From Rhizaria sp. SCN 62-66 (taxonomy: Eukaryota), in NCBI GenBank assembly GCA_001724265.1, contig MEDY01000032.1, positions 1 through 64,000 of the forward strand: a stretch of DNA of 64,000 bases. The letters run 5' to 3'. The position numbers were made by a program, and so were the translations under genes. The notes under the pieces were generated by a model. It was given only the letters and a program-made list of their open reading frames with translations. It was not told the DNA's origin and made no database searches. Of the stretch, positions 1 to 12,100 are shown one piece after another. The stretch's first letter is position 1; every line of letters begins with the position of its first letter.

Positions 1-1019
1 AATAAACCACGTAGTTTGATAACTTCTACGAAAGTGCGCCAAAGTCGCAAAAAAAGCGCGAAATCGCGTTTTTTAGTTGACGCTACATAGGGGTTATTAG
101 CTTTGTCGTAACTTTGTGCGAGGCTTGCGCCGTCGTTTGTTTCCACACATTCACTCGTCAGCGTCACGTGTACTACTTAATGTTAGTTTTGTCACTGGTT
201 TATTTTATATATTTTGTATAATCGTACGTGTTGTACGCACTTGTTTTTTTTAATTCGTTTGTTTTTGTTCTTCCTCTTCAGTTTTTCTCTTCTCTCAAAA
301 TAGTGATCATGTGCATCCTCTGCACTGTACTACGTCTGCTAGCGCACGTCAATTCAATTTCTTCACATCAAATTCTCTACAAATTAAGGTTCCATCGTAC
401 ACCTATCCCCCCTTCCCTTTGATTCACAACAAAAATCAACTGAGTCCCATCACCCAATCACAAGTCGCCACAAATGCCATTACCTCACCAACACGATTTG
501 CTGTAGTTTTTCATCACTTGTCTTGCTTTGATGTGTACCGCTGCCGTCCTATGCTGTAGTTTGCAGTAGTTGCATGGACTGTCTCGTGTTACGCAACTCA
601 GTTTGACTGAGTCCGGTTTTTAATCCCGCACGTTCTTTATAAGTGTTTGTTAACTCTTGCTCGCATCAGTGCTGGCACTTGCCCTTTGCTGCCGCGAGAT
701 TAATTTATATCCACACCCTACGTACGGGACTGGTTTCCTTTCTGAACTATGTTATCACGCGCGCTGTGGTGCGTGTGTTGGCTTTTGTGCTGCGTTTTTG
801 CAGACGTTGACTGTTTGAGTTGACTCCTTGAGTGTAGTTGATGTACTGAGCTGTTCTTTTTTGTTTGTTTGTTTGACGCCCGTACACCCCCTTTTTCATG
901 TTTTTTGAACTTCAAACATTCCATGTGATGCAGATACAGAATTATACTTTCTCCCTGTCCCTATACTCCCGATTATTTAGATCACCGATATGTGATCACT
1001 AATCCACGTGGGAAATGCA

Positions 1020-1052
1020 ATGCCCCCTTGTGACTATGCCCCCTTGTGACTA
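1020..1052. repeat. Perfect 16-bp tandem duplication (ATGCCCCCTTGTGACT x2) upstream of the glutathione reductase gene
   Basis: Read directly at 1020-1035 and 1036-1051. Confidence 0.85.
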
Positions 1053-1226
1053 CACTCCCAAAATGCATTAGTGGTGTTCGGGATTCACTTCGAGCAAGGA
1101 TGAATCATTGACTCAAGCACTGTCATAACAACGTCATTTTGCAGCATCATTCAGGTTATGTGCTTAAAAAACGCATTGTGTTACAAATATTGTTTTTAAT
1201 TCATTGCCCTTCTTCGTTTGTCGCAG

Positions 1227-3431
1227 ATGAACCCCACTAAGCTGAGCCACTTCGACGCTATCGTCATCGGCGGCGGCTCCGGCGGTCTCGCGGCCGCCCG
1301 CCGCGCGGCTCAGCGCGGTGCCCGCGTCGCGCTGGTCGAGATGGACGCGCTGGGCGGCACCTGCGTGAACCGCGGCTGCGTGCCTAAGAAGCTGATGTGG
1401 AACTCTGCTGGCATCATGTCGGACATGCGCCACCGCGCCACCGGTTTCGCCGTCCGTGGCATCGACGCCAGCGCCGCGCACTTCGACTGGGACGCCATGA
1501 AGGGTGCGCGCGAGGGTTACCTGGAGCGTCTGCACGGGATCTACCTCCGCAACCTTAAGAAGGACGGCGTGACGATCATCCGCGGCAAGGCGCGCTTCGC
1601 GTCCGTGCCCGAGTCTGCCACGGCTGCGCTCGCTGCCGAGGCGACGACCCCGGCCTTCACTGTGCACGTCGACCCCGTGCCGGGCGCGGACATGGGCTCG
1701 CGCACCACCGACGCTGCCTCGATGGTTATGGATACCCCCACCGGCGGCATCGTGTTTGACATCTTCCCGCAGTCGCTCCCGGCGCACGTCTACGGCGCCG
1801 ACGCCGCGCCCTCGGCCGCCGCAAAGGCCGACGGTACCGCCGGGTGCGTGATCCTCGCTTGCGGCGGCGCGCCTGTCCCCGTTTCGGCCCCCGGCGGCCA
1901 CCATGTGCTTGATTCCGACGCTCTCTTCCTGCTCCCCGACTTCTTCTCCAAGTCTCCCAGTCAGCCCCGCGTCGCCGTCATCGGCGGCGGGTACATCGGC
2001 GCCGAGATCGCGTCTCTGCTGACCGCGGTCCTGCCGCAGCGCGACGGCCCCCACGACGCGCGCGCCGGCGGCGCCGAGATCCCGCACCCCTTCATCGGCG
2101 CCGGCCCCGTCCGCTCACCGACGAACGCGGTCACTCTCATTGCGCGAACCTGCGTTCTCTCGTCGTTTGATGCTGATATCCGCGCTGCGCTTCACAAAGA
2201 GCTCTCGCGCGAGTCCATCGGTGTGGTCTCCGAGGCCGACGTGACGCACGTGCTGGCGCTGCCCCGCGGTGTCACCCCGGACACGGCGACTGAGGCACAG
2301 CGTGCGGCGTCCTGCGCGGCCCCCGAGATGAAGCCCAACAACAACAAGGAACACGTGACTGCCACGCGTGACTCGGCCGTCGACCGCTTCGTTAAGGATC
2401 GCGCCAGTGACCTCGTGTACTGGGTGCAAGTCGCAGTCCGCGGCGGTTCTATCGACGACTGCTCGTCCGCCCGCGGCGACCACACTCAGCGTGACGGCTA
2501 CACCGCCTGGTCGGGGCCGTACGACGCCGTGTTCTCCGCCATCGGCCGCGTCCCCGGACCATTTATCCCCGGCATCGACGACCTGGGTATTGCCCGCGTC
2601 ACCCGCAACACCGACCCCGTGACTGCGAACACCACTGCGGAGAACAACTGTGCGGCCCCCGCGTGGCCGGTGCGCGCTGCGATGCTCAACGACGCCCTCC
2701 GCGCGGCCGGGCTGGGCGCGCCCCCCGGGCAAGTGCTGGTTGATACGGCATGGCGCACCTCCGTTGCGGGCCTCTTCGCGGTTGGCGACGTGACCGACAA
2801 GCTGTCGCTGACGCCCGTCGCAATCGCGGCCGGCCGCCGCCTTGCGGACTGGGTTTGGGGCGGCCTGGGAACCGACACCGCGACGGGCGCGGACATGACG
2901 ACAGCGGAGGCGCTCACTGCCGCGCAGGGCGACGTGGCTCGGGCCACGGCGACGTTCGTGCCCGTGCCGATCAGCTGGGACGCCGTGCCCACGGTCGTTT
3001 TCACGCACCCACCCGTCGGGTCGGTTGGGCTGAGCGAGAAGCAGGCGCGCAAGGTGTACGGCGACAACGAGGACGCCGCGGCCGAGGGCGGGGTCAAGAT
3101 CTACAAGAGCGAATTTGTGCCCATGGACAACGCGTTTCAGGGGCTCGACGGCACGGACGAGGCTGAGATGCGCGAGCAGGCGGCGCAGATGACCAACAAG
3201 GGGTATGTGAAGCCGCGCACGACGATCAAGATGGTCTGCGCGCGCGTGCGCAACGCGGCGACGGGCAAGATCGACGAGCGCGTGGTCGGTGTGCATGTTG
3301 TAGGCGGCGGCGCTGATGAGATGACGCAGGGCTTCGCGGTGGCTGTCAACGCCAAGCTCAACAAGAAGCAGTTTGACCGCACGATTGCGATCCACCCCAC
3401 GGCGTCGGAGGAGGTTGTCACGATCGTCTAA
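1227..3431 (+). CDS. GSR: Glutathione reductase-like class I pyridine nucleotide-disulfide oxidoreductase (734 aa, with insertions)
   Basis: GGGSGG FAD loop, redox motif GGTCVNRGCVPKK, NAD(P)H loop GGGYIGAE, AVGDV, LTPVAIAAGRRLA, PTVVFTHPP and C-terminal HPTASEE. ATG at 1227 follows a pyrimidine tract and CAG, so an upstream exon or 5'UTR intron is possible. Ends in TAA. Confidence 0.9.
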   Translation: MNPTKLSHFDAIVIGGGSGGLAAARRAAQRGARVALVEMDALGGTCVNRGCVPKKLMWNSAGIMSDMRHRATGFAVRGIDASAAHFDWDAMKGAREGYLERLHGIYLRNLKKDGVTIIRGKARFASVPESATAALAAEATTPAFTVHVDPVPGADMGSRTTDAASMVMDTPTGGIVFDIFPQSLPAHVYGADAAPSAAAKADGTAGCVILACGGAPVPVSAPGGHHVLDSDALFLLPDFFSKSPSQPRVAVIGGGYIGAEIASLLTAVLPQRDGPHDARAGGAEIPHPFIGAGPVRSPTNAVTLIARTCVLSSFDADIRAALHKELSRESIGVVSEADVTHVLALPRGVTPDTATEAQRAASCAAPEMKPNNNKEHVTATRDSAVDRFVKDRASDLVYWVQVAVRGGSIDDCSSARGDHTQRDGYTAWSGPYDAVFSAIGRVPGPFIPGIDDLGIARVTRNTDPVTANTTAENNCAAPAWPVRAAMLNDALRAAGLGAPPGQVLVDTAWRTSVAGLFAVGDVTDKLSLTPVAIAAGRRLADWVWGGLGTDTATGADMTTAEALTAAQGDVARATATFVPVPISWDAVPTVVFTHPPVGSVGLSEKQARKVYGDNEDAAAEGGVKIYKSEFVPMDNAFQGLDGTDEAEMREQAAQMTNKGYVKPRTTIKMVCARVRNAATGKIDERVVGVHVVGGGADEMTQGFAVAVNAKLNKKQFDRTIAIHPTASEEVVTIV

Positions 3432-3769
3432 GTTGAAGTCTTGGGTAGACTTACGGCGATAGGCGTCTATGTAGCCAGAAGTGACCGCTGTTGAATGATT
3501 TGTTCTTATTGTTTTCTTTCTCTGTTAAACGTAATTTTGTTTGCAGGCTGAATATAAGCCTTGATACACGCTTTTTCAAGTTATATTTGTTACGCACCAT
3601 TATTTATTGATTGATATATCTCATTTTGAATCCGAGTGTGGTGACCGGTCAATTTTTGTGGCTCGCGCGCTCTGGCAGGTTCAAAATGAGCCTTCGTTCA
3701 AAGATATGATCTGGACTCAAAGTTCCGTTAAGCCAGTAGAGAACAGTATATCTATTGTGTATATAGGAT

Positions 3770-4628
3770 ATGCCCGAAGGTACGTTAATTATACACTCTA
3801 AAATGATTATTATCTTGCAAAATCCCGCCTTTCTTATCTCTCGCTCGCCAAACCTCATCTCCTTTCTTCTCACCTCTTCCCGACGTCTTCCACAGTTCAC
3901 TTTGTCGGCGAGATCACAGGTGCACTGGGCCTGGAGAGCCCCGACATCTTTGCCAAGTGGAAGATTGTGCCCGGCGGCGGCTCCCTCGCAGCCACGTGGC
4001 GCGTACTCGACGGCGATTCCTCGGGACAGACGTGGCTTGCACAGCGCGGAGGCGACAACCTGGAAGAAGGTGTCTGGAACGAGCCTATCGACGTCAATTA
4101 TGCGTGCACGGGCGTTGTCGGATGGCCCAAGCTCTTTGTTGAAGTATACTCTTCCGACTCAGACAATCAAGTCGATCTAGGTACGGCTAATCAAACCAAA
4201 GCAACCCAATTCATTGTTCATCTTTCGACTGCTCGATTCATTCATGCTTCTTGCTTTGTATGGTCATCACATGAAATCATTCAATTAAACGTCGAATAAC
4301 ATGTATGACGAAGTACTCTACATTGTTGGTGCTTTATCTTGTTTCTCTGTTGTTTTCATTTGATACCTTCGCAGCGGGCTACGCGTGGTGCCACCTGCCG
4401 ACGACACCTGGCGAGCACATGCGCGAACTCCCCGTCTTCCGTCCCGGCGGCTCCGTCTACGACGACGTCGCTGCGCTCTTTGTTGGCGGCCACCCACGGT
4501 ACCAGGAGCCGTCGGTGATTCTGACGCCGGAGTCGCGTACGGGACACGGCGTGCAGAGCGTCGGCATTGTGAAGCTGAACGTGAGCGTCGTGCTCAGGGG
4601 GTTCGGCGGTCATGTCGTCTTTGCTTGA
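3770..4628 (+). CDS. B9D2: B9 domain-containing protein 2 (ciliary transition zone); exons 3770-3779, 3896-4180, 4375-4628; 182 aa
   Basis: Splicing gives MPEVHFVGEITGA...WRVLDGDSSGQT...WNEPIDVNY...GWPKLFVEV...LAGYAWCHLPTTPGEH...FVGGHP, which matches B9D2/MKSR2 motifs. Both GT-AG introns preserve the frame. Ends in TGA. Confidence 0.9.
3780..3895 (+). other. Spliceosomal intron 1 of B9D2 (116 nt)
   Basis: GTACGT...CACAG with a pyrimidine tract. Removal joins MPE to VHFVGEI. Confidence 0.85.
4181..4374 (+). other. Spliceosomal intron 2 of B9D2 (194 nt)
   Basis: GTACGG...CGCAG. Removal joins QVDL to AGYAWC. Confidence 0.85.
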
Positions 4629-5602
4629 GCAATTAAACAGTCTTGATTCTTAATTGTCAATGTGTTGTTGCTATCATGATGATGCGTAATTGGGTCAGAA
4701 CCGCTTGGCAATCCTATTTCACTCAGTCGTTCGAACTCAGTACGATTTGGCCAGAAGCTTGCACCTATCACATCACGAGTGAAGTTCCTCGGCTTACGAC
4801 CGATGAGTGGAATAATACGAAGTTTATCTGATCATTACCACAAGTTATATCAGGATATTTGAATGTATTTTCTCTTGCGAATGAGACTAACATAAATTCC
4901 CGAATTATCACAGCAACAGTCAATACGAAGAGCTCATCTGACACACCGTCATATGGATTGCTCTCTCCATATCACATCGTAACTATTGCGGATCGTAGAT
5001 ATCTGGGAAAGTCGTGACACAATGTTTTGTGTATAAGCTTATATTCAAAAAAAAGTCAATGAAATCGCTTTAGGAGAGAAGTGGTGGAGCTATCAGGCCA
5101 AACGTTGATGGACTTGGTCGGGTTGTGATAGTGCAATATCAGTGGGACAGACATTTGCGCAGGTACTGTGATGCTGACGCTAATTGAAAAAACAAAAGAA
5201 GACACGAAGTACTGATGGTCAGAGAAACAAAGAGGGAACAAAACACGAGCAGGCATTTATACACATGGTGTACATGTGATTCCAGCGAAATGAGTGCTAA
5301 ACAGCGGAAAGTTTACTCTTCGCAATGTGAAGCTTCGTAATTCGGGGTCACATAGCCAACAGATGAACATGAAGAAACAAAAAACAGAGAGGTAATCATT
5401 GAAGTACATGGAAGAAACCAACCAAACGAAAGCAATTCACACAACACAGCCAAAAAATAATAATAGAGAAGCAGACCATATTTGTCAGGAAAAAAAGACA
5501 ATGGCAAAATAGCAACAGTAAGTACTGACACGACAAGTTGTAACATTGCGTAACAATGAGTACGTGCGACCGTAGCTGCGCGGAGATGTTTGTGCGTTGT
5601 GA

Positions 5603-5646
5603 CTGTGTGTGTGCGTGTGTGCGCGCGCGTGTGTGGGCGTGTGTGG
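5603..5646. repeat. Imperfect (TG/CG)n alternating purine-pyrimidine microsatellite in the presumed Cdc25 3'UTR
   Basis: tgtgtgtgtgcgtgtgtgcgcgcgcgtgtgtgggcgtgtgtgg read directly. Confidence 0.7.
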
Positions 5647-6491
5647 AAGTTTGCGATGTGGAATAAGAAAACGAGAGGAGCACAACAGATCATACAAAAA
5701 AGGACACATAACTAAAATCACTGGTGACAGAAGTGAAGTCAAAAGATTTACACACGAAAAACAAATACAGAGGTGGGAATCGTTTACGGGGGGATCCAAA
5801 TTACCATACGAGCAAACGCTGTAGTTGAGACTGAACATGACAAATACGAAGCAACGCAAAGCAAAAAGGTGTTAGTGCCCCCTTTACTATGCACAATCAT
5901 GGGCGAAATGGCAAGTGAGTTAGCGGAGAGTTCGCAATTGATCTGCTCTTGATTGACTATGCACACAGCACGTTAACACTGAATTGGTGTAACAAGAGCA
6001 TCCAAACGACGGATTCACGGGACACGCCAAAGAGGCGGAAATACATGATGATGCACAACAAAGAGTGAGAGCACATCATGCGTGCAGAGCGGCGTTGCAG
6101 TGGAGCGCTCAAAGTCAAGAGCATCACCACCGGAATCCAACGCTAAAGCAGCATGTTTCGAGCTTGAGATGATTATAATTGAGTGAAACTAACAAAGGAA
6201 TCGTAATTGGGACACGTGTACGAACACGTAGCACCAACGATTGTGTTCCTTGATCAACTTTTTTCTTTTTAAGTACAGAATAGATATAAACAGTGGGACA
6301 ATAGAAACTTAGAATCTCGACGACAAAAAGAAACCACAAAAAGAAGCAACATGAACAATAAACAAAAAAAGGAAAAGCTAAACATATCTTCAATCTAAAG
6401 TAAAATAAACGTGAGGCTTATCAAACAGAAAATCAACAGTTCTTGGACACATCCACACAGTTGAGTAGCAGTTGCATGTAGGTGTTTAGGT

Positions 6492-9156
6492 TTAGTTATC
6501 TCCCTCGTCGAAATCAAGCGCCTTGGTGGCACTCTTCTTCTTTCCGCGCTGGCCGGGCCGCAGCGCGTCGACATCGACATCGTCGCCGCAGTCGAGATAG
6601 CTTCCAGCGGCGTCGACAGCGGCGGCAGTCGCGGTGTTGACGGTGGCGGCCGCGGGCGAGTCAGTCATGCTGACCCCTCCCTGCGTCCGGGCACCAGACA
6701 TCGTAGCATCAGTGGCCGCGAGTCTGGTGTAAACTCTGTCGGCTCTTGACAGCACGGGCGTCACCGCAGCGCCGAGCGCAGCGCCCGTGCCCAATATCGG
6801 CGTCGGTGGCGTGTTCGGCACAGCCGCAGCGACACGCGTGCGCCTGTCGTCGCTGGCCGGGACTGTGCAGCCGGTGATAAGAGCCAACCACTGTTCCGTG
6901 GTGCCCAGCGCGGCCGAACGCGTCTTGTCGTCGTTCTCCTCGTTCTTGATGCACGCCTTGAGGAATTCCTGCGACCGGTGGTACCCGACGCGTGCGTAGA
7001 TCTCACGCTGGTCGGATTCATCGAGCGCGCCTTCGTAGTTGCGCGGGGTGCCTCCCAGAACGTCAGGCCAGAAGTCGTCGGGTGAGTCGTGCAGGAAGTC
7101 GATCAACAGCCCGGCGGTGAGGAGCGGGAGCGGGCCACACATGAATCGCACGTGGGCAACGAGCGCGGCGGAGCACATGGCCTTCGCGCGGCGGTAGCGG
7201 CGCACGAGCTCATCGCACAGAGCCTTGAGGCCGTCGGTGGAGCAGACGTGCGAACCGAAGTGCCAGTGGCGGGCGCCGTCGAGCATGGCGAAAGAGCGGT
7301 GAGCGCTGTTCTCATGTTTCAGCATCGTGTTGATGCCGAGCGAGGAGTAGAGAGCGGCGGAATCGCCGGTCAACGTCTTCGGAGCGGATCCCTTTGTGGC
7401 GGCAGCGTTGCAAGACGCGGCAGTGTCGGCCGAGGCACTGTCAATATTACCAAACGCTTTGTTCCAGTCAGAGGCAGTGCTGTGCATGTCCTTGGCGGTG
7501 AAGCAGAGAGCACTGTGCTCGGCCGGGTCAATGCAACATTGCACGAAAAGACTGTTGAGGCTCTCGTCAGACACGACACGGAGACAGCGGTAGCCGCACG
7601 CACTCGGCTTGATCATCGCAGTGGGCGTGTGACAGTGTTTGTGACCGTGTCCGTGCGCATGGGCGTGGGCATGCGCGCCGTGGCGTGCCGGGTTGACCGC
7701 GGTCATGGCAATCGCACCGGCGGGCACGGTGGACGTGAACATCACAGGCCGCATGTCGCCAGAGCGAGCACCCGATGGCGCCACAGGCTGCTGCTGTTGC
7801 GCAGCGGCCGTGTTGCTAACGCTCGCGCACGAGACCGCGGTGGCTGTGAAAGCACGGGACACACGTGAGATCTGGAGCACACCCGCCGCACCAGTGCCGG
7901 TTCTGACAGCGTCTCTCGACGCGACCGAGCCGTCATCGACGTCGTCGGTGTCGCTGTCGTTGGCGCCACCGCCGCCAGCCGCGTTTGTGGTGCCGGCCGC
8001 GTACGGCCCGGTCAGAGCAGCGGCGGCGCTGCCGATGTTACTGTTGGCGGTGAGGCTCAGCTCGCGCATGGACGCGATGGGCGTGCTGACAGTGTTGAAC
8101 AAGCCCGTCTTGGCGGCTTGATGCATCGACTGCTGTTGTGCGATCGGGGGAACGGTAGGGACACGCGGATTAAACGTCCTGTCGTTCGCAGCAACGCTAC
8201 TATTCGAGTCATCATGAGCAGGCACCGGCGCGCTGCCGACAGAGAGCAGCGACACACATTGGCGCAGCATACTCGACGACGGAGTCTCCGTGTCGGCCCT
8301 GTTGGCCGCCGCAGCGATCGCAGCAGCTGCGGCGACAGCCGCGCTCGACGCCGCCGCGGCGGACGAGCTCTGCCCAGCGACGTTGGCGTGAGGGTGGCAT
8401 CCAATGGCGACAGCCGCGGCAGCGGCAGCGGCGCCGGCCGGGGTGGCCAGTGCCATGCGACTGACGCCGCCGCCGCTGGATGCAACAGAGGGCGACTGCA
8501 TCGGCATCGCGCCAGACCGCGCAGTGTCGAGGCACGTCGTGTTGAACGAGTCGTTGACGTCCAGCCCGAGCGGCGCCTTGTAGCCCGCGGCGAAAAACGA
8601 CTGGTCGCCGATGACGGCGGTGTTGGCAAACGTGTCGTCCTTGTCCTCGTCCTCGTCGTTGTCATCGCCGCCGTTGCTGCCGCCGGACGCGCGACGCGAG
8701 TTAGCAGAGCCCTTCGGCCTCGCGGCGTTGCTCGCCAGCGCGACAGAGTCCGGGACAGATTCGACGTGGCGGTCGTCATAGTCGGAGTCCGACAAGTCAA
8801 CTGCCGCGCACGACGACCGGCGGCCGCGTACGGCAGCGAACGCGGAGATGTTGCGCCGGCCGTAGGATACGCTGCGACTCGTGTCGCGCACGGTCGCGGC
8901 GGTGGGCGGCCAGATGGTGCCACTACTGGGGACAGTGGTTGCGGTCAACAATGAGGTGGAGGAACCGGCGCCCGCGAACGTGCCCCCGCCCCAGGCGACG
9001 GCCGTAGCCTCGGCGCCCTCAGCGATCGTGTGCAGCGCGAGAGAGCCATGGGCGTCGTCGCCCATGCTATTGCCAGCAGCACCAGTAGCGGCGGCAGCAG
9101 CGGCGACGGCGTTCGCGGAGACAGCGCCGGGAGCAGCGCCGTCCACGGTGACGCCA

Positions 9157-9187
<31 letters not shown>

Positions 9188-12100
9188 GGTCGGCCAAGTC
9201 GGCTTGCACAGTGAGATGCCGCGGCGGCAGCAACGCGGCGTCGTGCCCGTCGGCGGAAAACGCACGACGCGACGAGTACGCCGCCGTCGCCGTGGACCCA
9301 GTGCCCGCCCCCGCGCCAGCGCCGGTGTGTGAGTGCGCAACGCTGTAGCGGATCGAACGCGCCTTGGAGCGGCAGGTGAGGCTACTCTGGCCACCGCTGC
9401 CGCCGGCGCCGCCGGAGCTTGTGACTGCGGTCGAGTGCCTGCGACCGACGGCGCCGTTCTCCGCGTAGCTGCCGTCAGCGATTCCACCGTTGCCGCCGGA
9501 GCCAGAGAGGCAGCACTGCGGGTCCCCTCCGTCGAGGCAGACTCGCGGTGTGGCTGAGGCGTAGCGCACACGGGACTTGTCGCCGCCCATCACTGAGTCA
9601 GCCGAGTCACCCTGCAAACCATGTGCACCGCAGCCGACGGCGGTGGACGTCAGCGGGCCCGAGAAGCTATGTGCGCACTGGTCCACCACGCCGGCCCCGC
9701 CGCCGCCGTGCAGGGCATGGGCGACCGCGACGTCGAAGCTGGCCGCCGAGTGCGGGTCCGCGTACGAGAAGCTCGTCGCGGACCGGCCGGCGGCGTGCGC
9801 CGCGCTGTGCATGTTGGCTGCGACCGCGTGCTTCGAGTCACCCGCGGCGGCGTCAGCGTCGGCGCCGGTGGGCAAGGAGGAGAGCGAGTGCGTCAGGCCC
9901 GGCACGGCGAGTGGGACTTGGGCGTGCGCGTGCGTGCCGGAGATGTTGTGGCTCCCCAGCGCAGGCGCGGCGGCGGCGCCGGCGGTGGCGGCGTGCGACT
10001 GCCCGTAATGCGAGGTGTTGCAGCGGTACTGCGAGGGGATCGCAGACTGCGAGCGCGTCACAAGTGCGGCGTACGTGCACGACTGCGGCGGATTCGACGC
10101 GTTGAGAGGTTTCTCATCGGCTAAACGCGGCCAGTGTTTGTTGAGCAAGCACTTGATGCGCTAGGAGTGCCAGTAGAAGTTGTCGTTACTGAACGTCGCC
10201 GAGTAGAGACACTGAAAGCGCGTGTCGAACATCTCCATGTAGTACTGCGGGGCGCAGAGATGCCGGAACTCGTGGTAGAAAGCGCGGTACCCGCCATGCA
10301 TCACGACGACTTCGGGGAACGACAAGTGTGGGCCTTGGTTGTGCAGCTTGTCAAGCTAGCTGAAGAAGTGGCACGCGCGCGGGCCGCGCAGCCGCGAGTA
10401 CTCGCAGTGAAACACAATCGCGAGCGGGCACTTGACCGTCTGGCGAAGGCCCACCTGACCGGCGGGCACCGCAGGCTACCCCGGCGGCAGGTAACCGGTC
10501 GGCGGCGGACTGTTCTGCACACCGCTGGCGAACGCGTTCGATGTCGCGCCGCCGAGCGCAGAAAACATGCCAGGGGCGCCGGGCGCGGGCGCGGCAGCGG
10601 AGGCCGCGTTGGAGGCCGTGGCGCGGCGCGGGTTAGCGGGCGTCGCGGGATCCCGCACGGCAAGGGAGACGCCGCCCATGGAGAACGCGCTGCCCTGGGG
10701 CAACTGCAGCGAACTACTGCTGTTGTGGTCGCTGCTGCCGCTGTTGTTGTTGCTGTTGTTGCTGTGAGGCGGACACGGGGTGGCAAACACGCCGGCGTTG
10801 ACTCTGTTGGGATTACTGGGACTGCTATGGACGGAGCCAGCAGCAGCAGGGCCGGTCACGGTAACGGAGGTCGCAGCGCCAGCCGCAGCGGCGTTGGCGC
10901 TCTGCTGCTGCTGCTGCTTCTCCTGGTCACACTTGAGCGGCATCAGCGCGGGGTCAGTGACGTATGCGTAGTGCTGGCGGAGGCACCTGTAAAGAGCGCA
11001 GAGGGCTTCGGGCTTGTTAATGTTAATTGCGGAGACAAGATGCCCGTTGTCAAATTCGTACAGAAAGCGCATGTCAACAATCAGGAACTTGCCAATATAC
11101 TTGTCGTATTTTCCGCAAATAAGCTCCGCAACGGTGTCCTTGGTCACACGCTGCACGTTATATACCGTCTTATTCTTTTCTGCGGGGTCCACCGGCGGAT
11201 AGTGGCGAGGGAGAACCCGTGTATAACCGTTGCCATCCGCGCGTGGCCCGAAGACAAAGACGCCGTCTTGACCGATGCCGTCGAGCGGGCGACACGCGCG
11301 CTCCGCCATGGGCACCGTCTAGGACGGCACTTGCGGGACGTTGTTGCTCTGCACGCTTTGGATGGGCGCGGGCACCGGCGCGGGGGGCACGTGCGGGGCG
11401 CCGTTCGCGGTCCCCAGTAGCGGGGGAATCATCGTTCCACTGTTGGCAGGAAGAGAACAACTATTGTTGTTGTTGTTGTTGTTGTTGTTCATGGTGGGAT
11501 ACCCGGTGCCAGCGGACGAACGTGCAAAGAACGATTTGTGTCCGGGCACACCGTCGATGGTGCCCGCAAACGGCAGGCCTCCATTATGCCCGAGACTGAC
11601 GCCGTTGCCGGCCGCAAGCGCGGCCGCAGCGGCAAGCACGCCGTTGGTTGGCGAGTTCGTCGGCGTTGTGTCGTTGCACATGTTCGCGCTCACAGACAGC
11701 GGTAGCACGCGCGCCACGGCCGGGAGGCTCCGAGTGCTGTCGCTGACGAGCGGCGCGGGCGCGGGCGCGCCGGCGGAGGCGCAAGCTGCAGCCGCCGCTG
11801 CTGCCATGTTGGCGGCATTTGAGTAGACGGGGGCCTGCAAAGGCATGACGTATGACAGCGCCCGTCCTGAAGCGGATGGCGCCTTGGCAGGCGTCACCAT
11901 GCACAGCCCCGCCTTCGTGGAAGACGGCGACGCACCGTTCGACCCTGTTGCGGAGGCCATGGGGCTCGCTGAATGCCGGCGTGACACCTCGAACAACTGG
12001 CAACTATTCGCACCCGAAGCAGCGGCGGCGGCGGCGGCTGCGACGGCGGCGGCGCTGGCGGGGGTACAGGCGCCGCTGGGGACGTTGCGCGTGAACGCCG

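Noticed and set aside
1155-1226. 5'UTR intron of the glutathione reductase gene
   Set aside because: An acceptor-like sequence precedes the ATG, but the donor is ambiguous (GTTATG at 1155 or GTACGG at 722), so it was not annotated.
4178-4180. TAG ending ORF 3770-4180
   Set aside because: It is out of frame in spliced B9D2 (CTA G/CG), and that ORF runs through an intron.
10161-11321. Cdc25 as a pseudogene or as three separate genes
   Set aside because: There are no frameshifts and no TAA/TGA breaks, catalytic residues are intact, all interruptions are the same codon and there are no AT-rich spacers.
10134-11420. Long antisense or alternate-frame ORFs (428 aa here; also 19421-21136, 33628-35490, 56696-58276 and others)
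   Set aside because: These are shadow ORFs expected from GC-rich codon usage. They overlap motif-bearing genes and have no recognisable domains.
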